This document shows positions 26,580 to 41,881 of a DNA stretch of 64,000 nt, one piece after another; position 1 is the stretch's first letter, and every line of letters begins with the position of its first letter. The notes beneath the pieces are model-generated. The model was not told the origin of the DNA and ran no database searches. It saw nothing but the letters and a program-made list of their open reading frames with translations. Location of the stretch: contig JBODTK010000114.1 of assembly GCA_050613775.1 (NCBI GenBank), forward strand, positions 434,001 to 498,000, given 5' to 3'. The stretch comes from Neocallimastix sp. 'constans'. Taxonomy: Eukaryota. Made by a program: the position numbers and the translations under genes.

Positions 26580-27637
26580 AGAATAAAAGTTCAAATTTAT
26601 TAGTAATTAAAATTAAAAAAAAAAAAATATTAAGCATTTAATAATTAGTAATTAGCAGATATACAATATATAATAGTGGTTCAAAGAATTATTTATTTTT
26701 TTCTCATTTAAAATTAAATGTTATATTAAAATTCTTATATTTATATAAAAAAAAAACACATAATGTGATTAATTTCGGAATCACAAAACTATATAAAATA
26801 AAAGTTCATTTGATATAATTAACAACTATAATTTTATTTATATTAAAATATTTTATTTTATAGTTTAGATTCATAAATATATAATACTAATTAAAATGGA
26901 ATATAATAAAAAAAAATGTAATCATTCTTTATTTATATTTTATTTTATAGTTGAGATTCATAAATATTTAATACTAAATAAAATGGAATATAATATAAAA
27001 AAAAAATGTAATCATTCTTTATTTATATAATATTATAGATATACATATTTATATTTGTATTTTTGGAATGAGACCATGAGAAAATTGTTATTAACTTTTT
27101 TTTTTAAAATGTATTCCTTTAACAACCTCAAAATCTAATTAAATATAAACTCTAAACTCTATGGATTAATCATATGCGTTTTTAATTATAATACAATAGG
27201 AATAATAAATTAAAAAGAAAAATATAACTAAAAAATTTAATATAAAACTATAAAATTTTAACTTTTTTATTTATATATTATTAGTAATAATGAATTAATA
27301 TAACATTTGCATAATAATAATTATTTAAAAATCACATAATTATTTAAAAATAATAAAAAGCCATTAATAATATTAGATAGCATTAATACTACCTCTAATA
27401 ATAATAACAATAAATAGTTATAAACAATGAATATTAAAAAAAAAAAAAAAAAAAAACGCCATAAAAATAAAATTTTTTAAATAAATATTTAATAAATTTA
27501 TAAATTCAACAAAATTATAAATTAAAAAGTAAAAAAAAAAAAAGAGTGAAAATATTATTAGTTTATTTTTCCGTAATATATATATATAAAACTATTAATA
27601 ATGAATAGTTATTTATAAACAATGAATATCAATAATA

Positions 27638-27678
<41 letters not shown>

Positions 27679-28893
27679 ATACTTAGGAGTAAACTTCAAT
27701 TATAAAATTACTGAAACACTAATATAATGAGCATAAATAATTAATATATAGTTTAAATTTTAATGTATAATATTTAATACTAATTATTATTTTCTTTTTC
27801 TTTTTTCTTTTTATTTTTATTTTAATTGTTATTCTTAATTCTTTTTACATATTTATTGAAATTTTATATAATAAGCATAAACATTTTTAATTATTTTTTT
27901 TTTTATCTATTATTTTATAAATAATTTTTAAAGACGATAAAAAAAATTATAAATTAAAATTATAAAAATTTCAACTAATTAAATTAATTTTTTAATTTAA
28001 AATTTAAAAAAAAATAAAAATAAAAATAATATTTGTATATAAAATATAAATAAGAGTTTATAATTTAATTTTTAATTAATATCATCTGTCATCTCGACGG
28101 TAATAGGATTGTTCTTCCTTTACCGGGATTTGGTTTAAATCTTTTATATATATATATTATTTAAAATTATTCATTATTTTAAAAATAAAACATCGAAAGT
28201 ATTGATGAATGAATGATAAATAAAATTATATATATTTATTAATTTATTAATATATTAATATATTAATTTTATTATAAACTATTTTAAAAATTGAATCCAT
28301 TTGAATTAAATATTATAAATATCTAATATTTAGATCGTTTCCTTTCTTATAATAATAAAAAAAATTATAATAATAATAATAATATTTTTATATTAAAATA
28401 TATATAATATTTTATAATAATCATCAATAATATATTATTATTAATAAGATTAAGATTTATTCAAATTAGTAAACAAAAATATTTATATATGTGCATTGAA
28501 ATGTAAAGTTATATTCAATAATAATTATCAAATTATTATTTATATATTATTATTTATATATTATTATTTATTATATCCATTATTATTAAATTACAAAAGA
28601 CCAGAGAGCTTAACACTTTACTAATTAAAGTTTAATTTATATTAATAATAAAATGAAATAATTTAATAATTCATAGTTGGTATATATATAAATCATATTA
28701 ATAATAATACTATTTTCTATATAACCTAAAATGAGAAATATAAACTTTTATACTAGTTTTAATGAATATCAAAATTTTTTTAATTCCGAAACTTTTTTTT
28801 AAAGAATAATCACTCATTTTTAATTCCGATTTCCTAAAAAAATCAATTTAAAATTTGAAACATGAGTAACAAAATAACGGAAATCCATTACTT

Positions 28894-28925
<32 letters not shown>

Positions 28926-29697
28926 TTAATTAAAAATTATCATTATCATTTTAATAATTATAATTTTGAAATTTTAATTTTTATTAATTTATAAATTTAA
29001 TATTAATAATAACTTTTGACTTTTTTTGTTTTTTTTTTTTTTTTTAATTTTTTTTTATAAATTAAATTTATTATATTAATATTAATATATATATATATTT
29101 TTTCTTTTTAATTCTCTTAAAATTGAAAAATTAATAAGTGTAGACTAAAATCATTATAGAAATATATTTATATATAGCTATAAATTCATCTATATCTATA
29201 TATAGAGATATAATAAAAATTTTTGTTAATATAGATTCTTCCTTTTACGCTATAAGCGCATTTTATATATCCATGATTGGTACTAATAATGAAATTATAT
29301 AATTTTTAAAATAGAATTAGCTAACATTCCTTTAAATACTTATTTATATTTCATTATTTTTTTAAATGCAATAAATATATACAAAGGATAATATTTTTTT
29401 AAGTAACATTAATAAGATTAATTTGATAATAAATAATAATACTATATAATAAAATATATATATATTATTACATCAAAAATTATTATAAATTGTTATTTCA
29501 ATAATATTTTTTTTTTTTATGTCTGGTAGTTTAGTTTTAATTTTTAAATTTAATATTTAAACATATGTTTTTAATGATTTAATACTTAAAATTAATAAAT
29601 AAATAAATAATTTAATATTTGAATATTTATTATTTAATATATAATATTTAAAATATTTATCTTTTATCTCTCAAGATTAAATGTCATGTATTTTTCT

Positions 29698-29728
<31 letters not shown>

Positions 29729-30065
29729 ATAATTATTTAATTTTTTTATTTAATTAGTGGTATTAATTATTTTATAAAAGTTTAATTTTATAAAAATTTA
29801 TATTATTTTGACTATTTTACTTTTTTTTATTTTTTTTTTTTTTTTAATTTTTTTTTCCTACAAGATAGAATATAATATTAATAATATTATTCTTTATATA
29901 TTTATCTATAATAAATTTATTATATTATAGGTTACTATTAATATATATATATGATTACTAAATAAAAAGTGTTCCACTTTATACTTTGAAATTTTTTAAA
30001 TTTTTTTAATCCTTTAAATATTATATTTATATAGGTAAAATATTTATATATATTATATTTATATA

Positions 30066-30117
<52 letters not shown>

Positions 30118-30214
30118 TTATTATAGCATTTTCATCATTATAATATATATATATATAAATTTTTTTTTTTTTTGGGAAAATATAGATTTAAAAATGTAAA
30201 AATATATAATTATG

Positions 30215-30245
<31 letters not shown>

Positions 30246-30572
30246 TTATATAAATTATATTTTTTTTTATTAATATTTTATTTAAATATAAAGTTTTTTT
30301 TTGTTTTATAAAAAAAAAATATATATGAAATTTTATAATTTTTTTTTTTTTCATTCAGAAAGTACTTAAAATAAGTTTTTTTTTTTTTTTTAATATTATA
30401 GATATAAAATTTTTTTTAAATAAAAAAGATACTAAATAAATTATTTTTATTGATTATGAATTTTTTTTTTTTTTTTCATTCAGAAAGTACTAAAAAAATG
30501 TTTTTTTTTTTTATTAATATAAAATTTTTTTTTAAAAAAAGATACTAAATAAATTATTTTAATTGATGATAA

Positions 30573-30624
<52 letters not shown>

Positions 30625-30703
30625 TTTAATAATTTATTTATTTATTTTTTTTTGTAATTTTTTTTTTATTTTATTAGTATTAGTAGTATTACTAAATTTG
30701 TAA

Positions 30704-30737
<34 letters not shown>

Positions 30738-30811
30738 ATTTATTTATTTATTTATTTATTATTAATATTATTAATAATAATAATAATTTAATTTTTTTTT
30801 TTTTTTTTATT

Positions 30812-31991
30812 TTAAAGGGCATGATTAAATAAATAAGAAACCGATTTCCCGGTAAAGGAACGATCAATAGCTTCTGCTAAAACGGTACTAATATCAATAA
30901 TTCTTAATTTGGTGGATTGCTTTATTTTTTCTTCTGGAATATTATAGGAATTGGTGGTGAAGATAGCATCAACACAATCACATTTTTCAATTTTTTCTAG
31001 GGCATTATTCGATAAAATACCATGGGTGGCAACAATATAAATTTTTTGTGCCTCATTATCTCGGAGAACTTCAGCAGTACTTAAGAAGGCTTCTGGTCCA
31101 TCAATAATATCATCCTATAGATATAGATATAAATAAATATATAAATAAATAAATAAATAAATAATACTAATTATAAAAATATATATATATATAGTAAAAA
31201 TAAATAAATAAAAAAAATAATAATCATAATAATAATCATTATAATAATAATAATAATAATAATAATTATGATAATAATAATAATAATTATAATAAAAAAA
31301 ATAATAATAATTATGATAATAATAAAAATAATAATAATATATAATAAAAATAAAAATAAAATTCGATTATGAATTACCATAATGAAACAGTTCTTTCCCT
31401 TAACTTCTCCAATAACAGTGGCCTTGGTATTAAGAGTATCATTTTTCTTTTCAATCATAGCAAATGGTAAATTTAATTGATCGGCAAGTGAAGTGACACG
31501 CATAGCACCACCAGCATTCTTAGATACTACAATACCATTCGTATAATCTGGAATATTTTCTTTAATATATTTAGCGATTGTGGGTTCAGAGTAAAGATTA
31601 TCCACTGGAACATTAAAGAAACCTTGTATAACCGAAGAGTGAAGATCCATCGTGATAATATGGTCAACACCAGAACAAATAAGTATATTGGCAATTACTA
31701 AAAAAAAAAAATTTTTTTTTTTTTTATTTTTTTTATTTTTTTTATTTTTTTTATTTATTATTTTTGTTTTTTGTTTTTTGTTTTATTTTGTTTTTATTTT
31801 GTTTTGTTAAAAATTAGTATAAATTAATCATTCCAATAAAAAAAAATATAAATAATTTTTTTTTTATTTAAATGAAATAATTGAAAATGAATTATATAAT
31901 ATTAGATATAATAATTATTTATTAAAAGGAGTAAAAATAAATATTATTTAGTTTTTTTTTTTTTTTTTTTTTTAAAAAGTTTTATTAATAA

Positions 31992-32030
<39 letters not shown>

Positions 32031-33480
32031 TGGTGAATAGTTATAATAATTAAAATAAAATATAATTTTTTCATTTATTAAACATACACTTGGCAGTAAT
32101 AGCAGTTCTACTCTTCTTCATTTTAGATCTCTTACCATATGGGAAATATGGAATACTATTATAATTTTTATTGAAAAAAAAAAAAAAGAGAGAGAAATAT
32201 ATAGATAATAATATAAAATTTTATAAAGTTATATATTAATATTAAATTTAACATTTATATAAATAAAAATAATAATAATAATAATAAAAAGAAAAAAAAA
32301 ATAAATATATATATTATATTATATTAAATTATATTATATATTTTTAATTTACACAGCAGTAACATTGGCAGCTGATGCACTTTTACAAGCTTTAATCATA
32401 ATTAATAATTCCATAATATCATTGTTAACGGAATCAGAACAAGACTGAATAATATATACATTCTTATCTCTTATAGAAACTTTAATTTCAACTGAAATTT
32501 CCTCACAAGCATTTCTTTTGATTTCAATTTCACTTGGTGGAATACCTAATTTTTTGGTTATTAACTATTAAAATTGATAATTATTAATGTATATATTTAT
32601 ATATATATTAAGATTAATAATATTGATTAATATATAGATTGCATTTTTAATATAAAATATATCAACATATATTTTTTTATTTTTATTTTCATTTTCATTT
32701 TATTTTATTAAATGATTATCATTAAGGTTCTGTAAATGGATTTATTTAAGTGAATTTTATACAATAATAAATATTTTATTTTTATTAGTATCATTAAACC
32801 ACTTTAACATATTTAATCTTTACTAATTTTATTCATAAATATTTATTTCTTTTATTATGGTATAAATTATTATTTTTTTTATATTTAACTTTTTCATAAA
32901 TTGTTAATTTTAATGATATTAGTTTTTTTTCTTTTATATATATATATTATAATATTGTATTTTTTTTTTATAATAATTTCGTAAAAGCATTTGAAATATT
33001 TATATGAAATAGGTATTCTCTTCAATTTATATTTAATGTAATCCAATTTTATTTTGGGGTTATTTAGGTCGATAAAATGAATTTCAAAAACATTTTATAA
33101 AGATTCCATCAAATTCATAAGTGATATAGAATTATATAAATATATATATATATTTTCTACTATTTCATAAATAGTTTTAAAAAGGTATTATATAAATATA
33201 AAAAATGAAATTTATTGTATATATTTATTTATTTGAAAATGAAAAAATAAAATAAAATAAAATAAAATAAAACTAATTAAGAAATTTATTAATTAATTGT
33301 TTAATTAGTATTTTTTTTTCTTTTTGGATTTTAAATTAATTTATCATATACTTGATGAAGATATAGACTATTTTATTTCTTATTCATTCAAATTTTTATT
33401 AAAATTATTACTTCAGATAAGCTCTTATTAGTAGTGCCCACAAAAATATATGGCTTATGTTCCCTTTTACTAGATTCCAT
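30812..33480 (-). CDS. PRS5: Ribose-phosphate pyrophosphokinase family, Prs5/PRPSAP-type subunit; exons 33480-33412, 32554-32353, 32155-32088, 31697-31378, 31114-30812
   Basis: VNNDIMELLIMI, VIPYFPYGKRSKM, DHIITMDLH..IQGFF..PVDNL, VVSKNAGG, DDIIDGPEAF, ATHGILS and SVSYLF. KN replaces PD and the DTCGT motif is absent, as in Prs5/PRPSAP. Confidence 0.85.
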
Positions 33481-33731
33481 CTTTCTATTAATGATATATA
33501 TGTATTTTTTAAAAAGTAAAAAAAAAAAAAAATATATAATATATATGTATATTTATATATAATTATAAATTTAAATATAAATAATATATAGAATAGAATA
33601 AAATAAAATTATGTAATATAGAAAATAGAATTTAATTATGTAATATAATAGAACTTAATTATATATTATATATAAATAATTCAATAAATATAAAAATATA
33701 TATATATATGTATTAAGTACATATTTTTTAA

Positions 33732-33767
<36 letters not shown>

Positions 33768-33977
33768 TTAAAATTTTATGATCAAAAAAAATAAAAAATT
33801 GAACAAAAATGATTCGACAATTTTTCTTTTTTTTTTTTTTTTATGGAAAATTTTTTAAAAATAAGTAAATAAATAAATATTAAATAAATAAATATTAAAT
33901 AATAAATAAATAAATAATGAGATAATAAATATTAAATATTAAATAATAAACAGACAAATAAATATGATTATATTGAT

Positions 33978-34062
<85 letters not shown>

Positions 34063-34411
34063 TAAAATAATAATATAAAATAATTATAAAGTCTTAATAA
34101 AAATCTTGATATTTAATATTAATATAATCTTTTGGATTTTATAATTAAAAATAATAACTTTGAATTTAATTTTTATATTAAATATAGATTTAAAAAAAAA
34201 AAAAAATTTTTTTAATATATATATAAATAAAAATATTTGATAAAATAAAATAAAAAATAAAAAAATACAAAAAAAAATAAAAGAATTTGAATTAGATAAA
34301 CGTGGTACAACAATGATCTATATTAATAACCTTACCACCACACTAATATAATTATAGAAAATAAAGTTTTTTTTTATATTTTTTTTTATCATTTCAATTT
34401 ATCATATTAGG

Positions 34412-34447
<36 letters not shown>

Positions 34448-34539
34448 ATATAAATATACATATATATATTTTTATTTATTTAATATATTTAATAAATTAA
34501 ATAAATAAAATCATTTTTAAATATAAAAAAAAAATATTT

Positions 34540-37500
34540 TTAATCAAATTTATATCCAAAATATTTTTCTTTAATAATTATTGTTTTATCGTAATCTAAC
34601 AATTCAGCTGATTGTAAACAAGACTTACAGCTTTGCTCATATCTAATAAGATCAGTCATTGAAATTGGTTGAGAAGCTTTTAATTTTTTTTGAATATTTT
34701 TTTTGAATTTTTTTAGGATTTTTTTGGATTCTTTCATCATCATCTTTTTATTCTTCTTTCTCGTTTTACTAATAGTATGTCTAAAATTTTGGTTTTTAGT
34801 AATATTTATTTTATCACTGACCATCATAGTATTATTAATGCATTCAATATTTTTTAAATTATTATTATTATTATTATTATTACTATTATTATTATTTTTA
34901 TTATTAGTGTTATTTATTTCATTATTTATTTTACTACCGTTTATTGAGTCTATATTAATCATATTATTATTATTATAAATATTTATTTCATTATTTATTT
35001 TACTACCATTTATTGAGTCTATATTATTCTCATTTTTTATTGCGTTAGACAGTTTTTCAAGCTTCTCTTCATATTCGATAGATTTTTGTTCACTAAAATT
35101 ACTCATTTTATCATTAATTTCTATAATATTATTCAAGCTGTTCACACTTTTTGACCTATTCGTATTAATATTAATAATGTTGATTTCATTATTTGCTGTA
35201 TTATCGTTTATTGAACTAATATTATTAGTATTCTTTCTTTCGATAGGAATTTTTTTTAGTTTCATTGTTTCATATGCTATTCCATTATTTGTTTCTTTAA
35301 TAATACCTATTTTATTACTAACTTTTATTATACTATCTATGCTGTTAATACTATTAGGCTTAATATCATTATTATCATTATTATTGTTGTTGTTGTTATT
35401 GTTATTGTTATTATTATTATTTGCTTCACTATCTAATGTATTATGACTTATCGAGTCGTTATTATTATAATCATTCTTTTTTTCGATAGGCGTAGTTTCT
35501 AGTTTCTTTTCATACTTTATTACATTGATAGTTTCCTCCTCATTAATAATATTAGTTTTATCATTAATTAGTATGACATTATTTGTAATGTTTGTACCAT
35601 TTAAATTATTATTATTATTACTATTATTATTATTATTATTATCATTATTGTTACTATTATCATTATTGTTACTATTATCATTATTGTTACTATTATTATT
35701 ACTATTATTATTATTATTATTACTATTATTATTATTATTACTATTATTATTATTATTAATGTTTATTTCATAATCTATCATATTCTTATCCACTGGGTAA
35801 TTGATAATCTTTCTTTCCGTTATTGCTTTTTCTAATTTTTTTTCATAATTTAGTAAATTTACTGTTTCTTTATTGTTTTTTGTCATTTTTTCTTCAGAAT
35901 TAAATATTAAATTTCTGATGGCCATGAACTCTTTTGCCTTTAATTGTATATCATCATTTTTTTCATTAAAGTTATCAAATGATGATTGATCTCTTATATT
36001 TTCTTTACTTGATTTATTATGATGACTCTTATTTTGTTCCTTCAACTGCTTTATACTTATTAATGATAAAAAATTGATGGATTTCGTATCATTTAATTTG
36101 ATTGTATCATTTCTATCAAAAGTCAGTAGTTTTTCTTTATTTAATATATTTTTGTTCACTTTATTTTTCATAAACGTATCATAAATTTTGGAGTTTATAA
36201 TCTTTAATTCTTCATTCATAATCGGTTCATACCTTTGTTGTTTGGAAGCTTGGTCATAATAATGGCTTCTGGAATTTAAAAGAATTGAGTGGTATATAAA
36301 TTGTATGAATTTCTTTTCTAGATCGAAAGAACAATTAATAATTGTTTTATCGTTTTTTGTTTTATTTATTCCTTTTATCTTTAAAAAATCATATGAATAA
36401 TTAGCATATCGTTTTCTTCTCTGCCGCCACCTTAATTTAGTATTGCTTACACATAAAAGATATAACAAGAAATAATAAAATTTTAATATGTCATCATGTT
36501 TTAATGTCTTTAAAATATCGTAAAAAGTATTGAAATATCTTGTTTTTTTTCCGTTCAACAGAATCATAGCTTTCCGATTTTTTTGTACGGCGAATGGACA
36601 ATCTAAAGAAATTTTTTTAAAAATTTGGTATAATTCGGTTCTTGGAAGAGTATTCATCACAGTTAGATAAAATTCCTTTCTCAGGAAGGGTACTATGTCT
36701 AAATATATTCAAGTTATATATATATATATATATTTTTTTTTATTAATAATTTTTCATTAACATTAGGAATTTTTTTTTTTATTATTTTTTTTTAATATAA
36801 ATTAATATAAAAAAAAATAGTTATTTTAACGTAAAAATTTTAAATAATTATAAAATTATAATAGAAAACCTTTTTTATTGTGGAATTTTATTATACTATT
36901 ACTTTTAATATTAATTTCTTTTTTCGATATAGATGAAATATATTTTCCCCCTTTAGATGGATCATTAAAAAAATTCAAAAAGTATAGATTAAATATGTTT
37001 ATTGGATGATTATGATAATTTATAAGGTTCTTCATTGGAGAAACTGTAGATATCTATTGTATAATATAAATAGTTAATTAATAATTTATTAATTTATTTT
37101 TATTTTTATTATTTTTATTATTTTTATTATTTTTAATTTTTATTTTATTTTATTTTATTTTATTTTATTTTTTTAATTTAAAATTAATTTATAATGGTTT
37201 GACATAGTATTTTATATTATGTCAAATCAATATATTATTATATATACTTTTCAATTGTTATTTAACATGACTATGTATATAATTTAATCTAAAATATGTT
37301 TAAAAAATTTTTTTATTATTATTGTATATGGTTTACATGGTCATGATAAAAGAATTTGTAGTAAAATATTTAATATATATATTATAAATAATAATATATA
37401 TAATTTTAAATATAAATAAATATATATATATATTTTTTTACAAAAATTAAATCATAAATATAATACAATATATGTAATACTAACAATATCAGTATTAACG

Positions 37501-37995
37501 TCTTTATATTTATTCTTCAATAATTGATATAAAATATCATTTGATTTAATAATATGCCTGATATTTCCACTACGATACTTTTTATTCTTGTGAGAATTCA
37601 GATATAAATTTTTTTTTGATTTAGTAGAATTTCTATCGGATGAAACTAAATTAAAATTTTGAATAATAATAAATATATATTATCAATATTATAATTGAAA
37701 ATGATAATAATAAATCAATATAGAAAAAAAAATCTATTTAATAATAGTATCAATGATAAATAATAAATAATAATAAACTTTAATTTTGTACTTCCAAATT
37801 TTTATTGTTATTCTATCTAAACCATTATTATTATTATTTTCATTTATAATTTAATTGAAAAAAAAAAAGGTTTTTCTATTTATCATAAAAAAAAAACAAT
37901 TTCAATATAAAATATAATTTACAAAAAATTTCAGGAACATTTTCAACGATATAAGACTTCAGTTCTTGAAAAAATCTTTTTGTTTTATATGACAT
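34540..37995 (-). CDS. Asn-rich protein of unknown function (~858 aa); exons 37995-37923, 37645-37485, 37053-36870, 36698-34540
   Basis: 706-aa ORF extended by three upstream exons with consistent GT-AG phases (MSYKTKRFFQELKSYIVENVPEIF...). No recognised domain. Confidence 0.65.
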
Positions 37996-38516
37996 ATTAA
38001 ATATTATAATAAAAGTATAGAAGTAACTTTGTATTCGAAAACTTATTAATTTTTATTTTTTTTATTTTTTAAATTTATTATTATAAAATAAAATAAAATA
38101 AAATAAAAATAAAAAAGAAAAAGAAATTATTTTATATTTTAAATAATTTTTTTTTATTATAATTTTTACAAATGATTTATTCCATTTTAAAAAAAAAAAT
38201 GATGCAATTTTTAATTAAATTTTTATTATTTTATTGTTAATGTCTATATTTGTATTAAAAGATTAATGTTCATAGAGTAAATTGGTATTTCAATTAATAA
38301 AATTTATTTATTTATTTATTATAAAGATTTTAAAAACTATAAATTAATCATAGTATAAATTAACATAAAAATTTATATTTTATGTATTAAAGTTTTTTTC
38401 AAAATTAAGGAATAAAAAAAAAAAGTCGTAATTACTATGAAATAATTTTTGTAATAAATTATAAATAATTAAAATAATTAATATTAATAATAATTAATAA
38501 TAATAAATAATAATTT

Positions 38517-38554
<38 letters not shown>

Positions 38555-38624
38555 TAATAAGTAATAATAATTAATAATTAATAATCAATAATAGTAATAA
38601 TAATCGAACAAACAAACATACAAA

Positions 38625-38691
<67 letters not shown>

Positions 38692-39468
38692 ATAGTAATT
38701 GTAAATAATAAATAATTATAATATTTATATTTATATGCATAATATATGAATGTTATCATTTTACTTTTTATTTTTATTTTTTATTTTTATTTAATGAACA
38801 ATATTAATATTATAAAATGTTAATATTATATTAATAATTATTATTCCTATTGAATGAGTATTAATTATTAAAATTTGACATTTTTTATTTTATATTATTT
38901 TTTTTCAAAAAAAAAAATATATATATATATATTAATAAATGGTACTGAAAAATTTTAATTACTAATATATTATTTTAATATATTATGAATTAATTAAATC
39001 ATTATTTTTAATATAATTATAATATATTAATAAATAATCATACCTGTTTCATAAAAAAAAAAAAAAAAGTTAAAAATGAAAATTGATTAATATTTCTAAA
39101 TAATAAAAAAGCTCGGAATTACTTTTTTTTTTTTTTTTTTTTCTTTTTAAATAAAAAATTAAAAAAAAAAAAAAATAAAATAATAATAAATAGTAATTTA
39201 ATATTTAATAAAGAACGGAAAAAAGCCGTCGATAATAATAAATAAGAATCAAACTAATGAAATAATATATATTAATTATAACAAGGCATCAACAGCAAAA
39301 GTTAAAAATAATTAAATTAACCAATCACAATTTCCTCTTTAAATATAAATATAAATATTATATAATTCTTATTTTTTTTTTTAAAAATAAAGTTATATAA
39401 ATTCTAAAATAATAAAAAGATAAATAATAATAATAAAAGTTGATATATTAAAGTATAAATAATTAATA

Positions 39469-39723
39469 ATGTTAGAAGATAATGATATAAGTAATGAAGC
39501 TACTATTGATTCATTTTCTGGAAAAAATGTTGCCATCAATTCAAATTATTCAGATTCTGAAACCATTACTATTGATGATGAAAATGTTAGTTTATTAAGA
39601 AGTAATGCTCCTATAAATAATAGAAATCAATATGAAAATAAAGAATTTTTGGGTCTAATTTTAATGGTGAGTTATGTATATATATGTTGTTAAATTTTAA
39701 ATAGAAATGCTACATTTCGAATT

Positions 39724-39773
<50 letters not shown>

Positions 39774-40247
39774 CTTTCTTTCTTCCTTGTCGAAAAACAA
39801 AAATGGAAAATAAAATTTTATAATGATATATCATATTTAATTGAGAATATTTTCTATCCATAAATATATAAATTATATTTTTACTTATTACTTGTATATT
39901 TAATAATTTTATTTTATTTTATTTTATTTTTTAAAAAAAAGACTTTATCAGCATTTGCATTTTCAACTATGTCTCTTTGTGTAAAAATTGGAAATAAAAA
40001 ATATCCTTTTTTCCAATAGGTATTTGCTCGTTCAATTTTTCAAGTAGTTGGAGGTTACGTTGGTTGTAAAACAGTTAAAGTTAGTCCCTGGGGTCATCCA
40101 AAACATTATTTACTACTTATATGTAGAGGTGCTTTCGGTGCCATTGGAATGACTCTATTTTTCGCTGGTATGACTTATTTACCCTTGGCTGATAATACAG
40201 GTAAATATATATATATATATTTATATTTTTTTTTATTTTTATTTTTA

Positions 40248-40345
<98 letters not shown>

Positions 40346-40950
40346 TGATTTTAAAATCATTATGCCTTTATTCAATAATAATAATAATAACAATAATCTT
40401 ATAATAATAATAATAATAATTTTATAACAATAAAATTTGTTAACAAAAAAAATTTTTTTTATAATGTTAATGATTACATTTAATATCTATTAGTTGTTTT
40501 TTTCACTGGCCCAGCTATTACTGCTATAATTGCATGGATTATTTTAGGTGAACAATTAACAGTTTTAGATGGTTTCTTATCTCTTTTAAGTTTATTTGGT
40601 GTTATTCTTGTTTCAAAACCTCAATTTTTATTCTCAAATAATGATAATACGAATTACAATTCCGTTTATTTCTTATTACCATTAATCGGTGCATCGATGG
40701 GCGCATTTGCTTATATTATTGTTCGTTATATTGGTAGTGGTGTTCATTATTTAGTTCATGTATTTTATTTCGGTGTGGTATCAACAGTTATCTCTGCATT
40801 CTCATTATTTATTTTCCATATTCAAGATCCAATAATGCCAGAATCACTTTTTGATTGGATTATTCATATTTTAATTGCTATTTCTGCTTTTATTGGTCAA
40901 TGTCTTTTGAATAGAGGTTTACAACTTTGCGCAGCAGGACCAGGAACTTT

Positions 40951-40999
<49 letters not shown>

Positions 41000-41063
41000 A
41001 TTTATACAATATATTTGAATAAGTAGTATACAGTATTTATTTGCTCATTATTTTTCATTACTC

Positions 41064-41097
<34 letters not shown>

Positions 41098-41194
41098 ATT
41101 ATTATTATTATTATTATTATTATAATTATTATTATTATTATTATAATTATTATTATTATTATTATAATTATTATTATTATTATTATTATTATAA

Positions 41195-41233
<39 letters not shown>

Positions 41234-41495
41234 TTTTTTTAATTATTAATAATATCATACAATATATAATTTAATTAACATTTATTAGATGAGAAATTTA
41301 GATGTTGTATTTGCATTTATTTTTGGCATTACAATACTTGGTGAAGTTCCAAAATGGAATTCTATTACTGGTGCTTTGATTATAGTTGGAAGCAGTGTTG
41401 TAATGGGTCTTAAAAAATTTTTACAAAAGAAAAAAAGTACTACACCAATCAACAGAGCTGTCTCATTAGAAGAATCATCAGAGGATGAAGAATAA
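39469..41495 (+). CDS. EamA/DMT family transporter (SLC35G/YMR253C-like) with an in-frame TAG at 40017-40019; exons 39469-39666, 39942-40200, 40494-40951, 41289-41495
   Basis: VFARS, LICRGAFG, YLPLADNTVVFFTGP, WIILGE, GVILVSKPQFLF, GQCLLNRGLQ and RNLDVVFAF..LGEVP: two EamA repeats. Confidence 0.85.
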
Positions 41496-41832
41496 AAGAT
41501 TTAAATTAATTTATATAATATATTTATTAAATACCATATTATTTAAATGCATATTTTTTTTTTTAACTTCTTATATTAAATTACATTTATATTATCATCA
41601 TATATAAATTTATTAATATTATTATAAATCAATATTTTTCTTTCTTGTAAAAACAAAAATAAAATCAAGAAAATAAAAATAAAAATAAATCAATAAATAT
41701 TAAAAGGAGTTTAATATAACAAAAAATAATTAAAACACAAAAGAAACATATATAAACAAACAAATAAATACAATAGATAGAGAGGGAAAAAAAAAAAAAA
41801 AAGCTATTTTTTTTAAGGATATAGTTGATTTA

Positions 41833-41881
<49 letters not shown>

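Noticed and set aside
28116..28137. 14-nt inverted match (TTCCTTTACCGGGA) to the PRS5 3' coding end
   Set aside because: Too short, with no extended similarity; may be chance or a tiny relic.
40017..40019. Genome-wide TAG reassignment
   Set aside because: No other intact gene has an internal TAG, and the MBL hydrolase ends at a TAG at the expected position.
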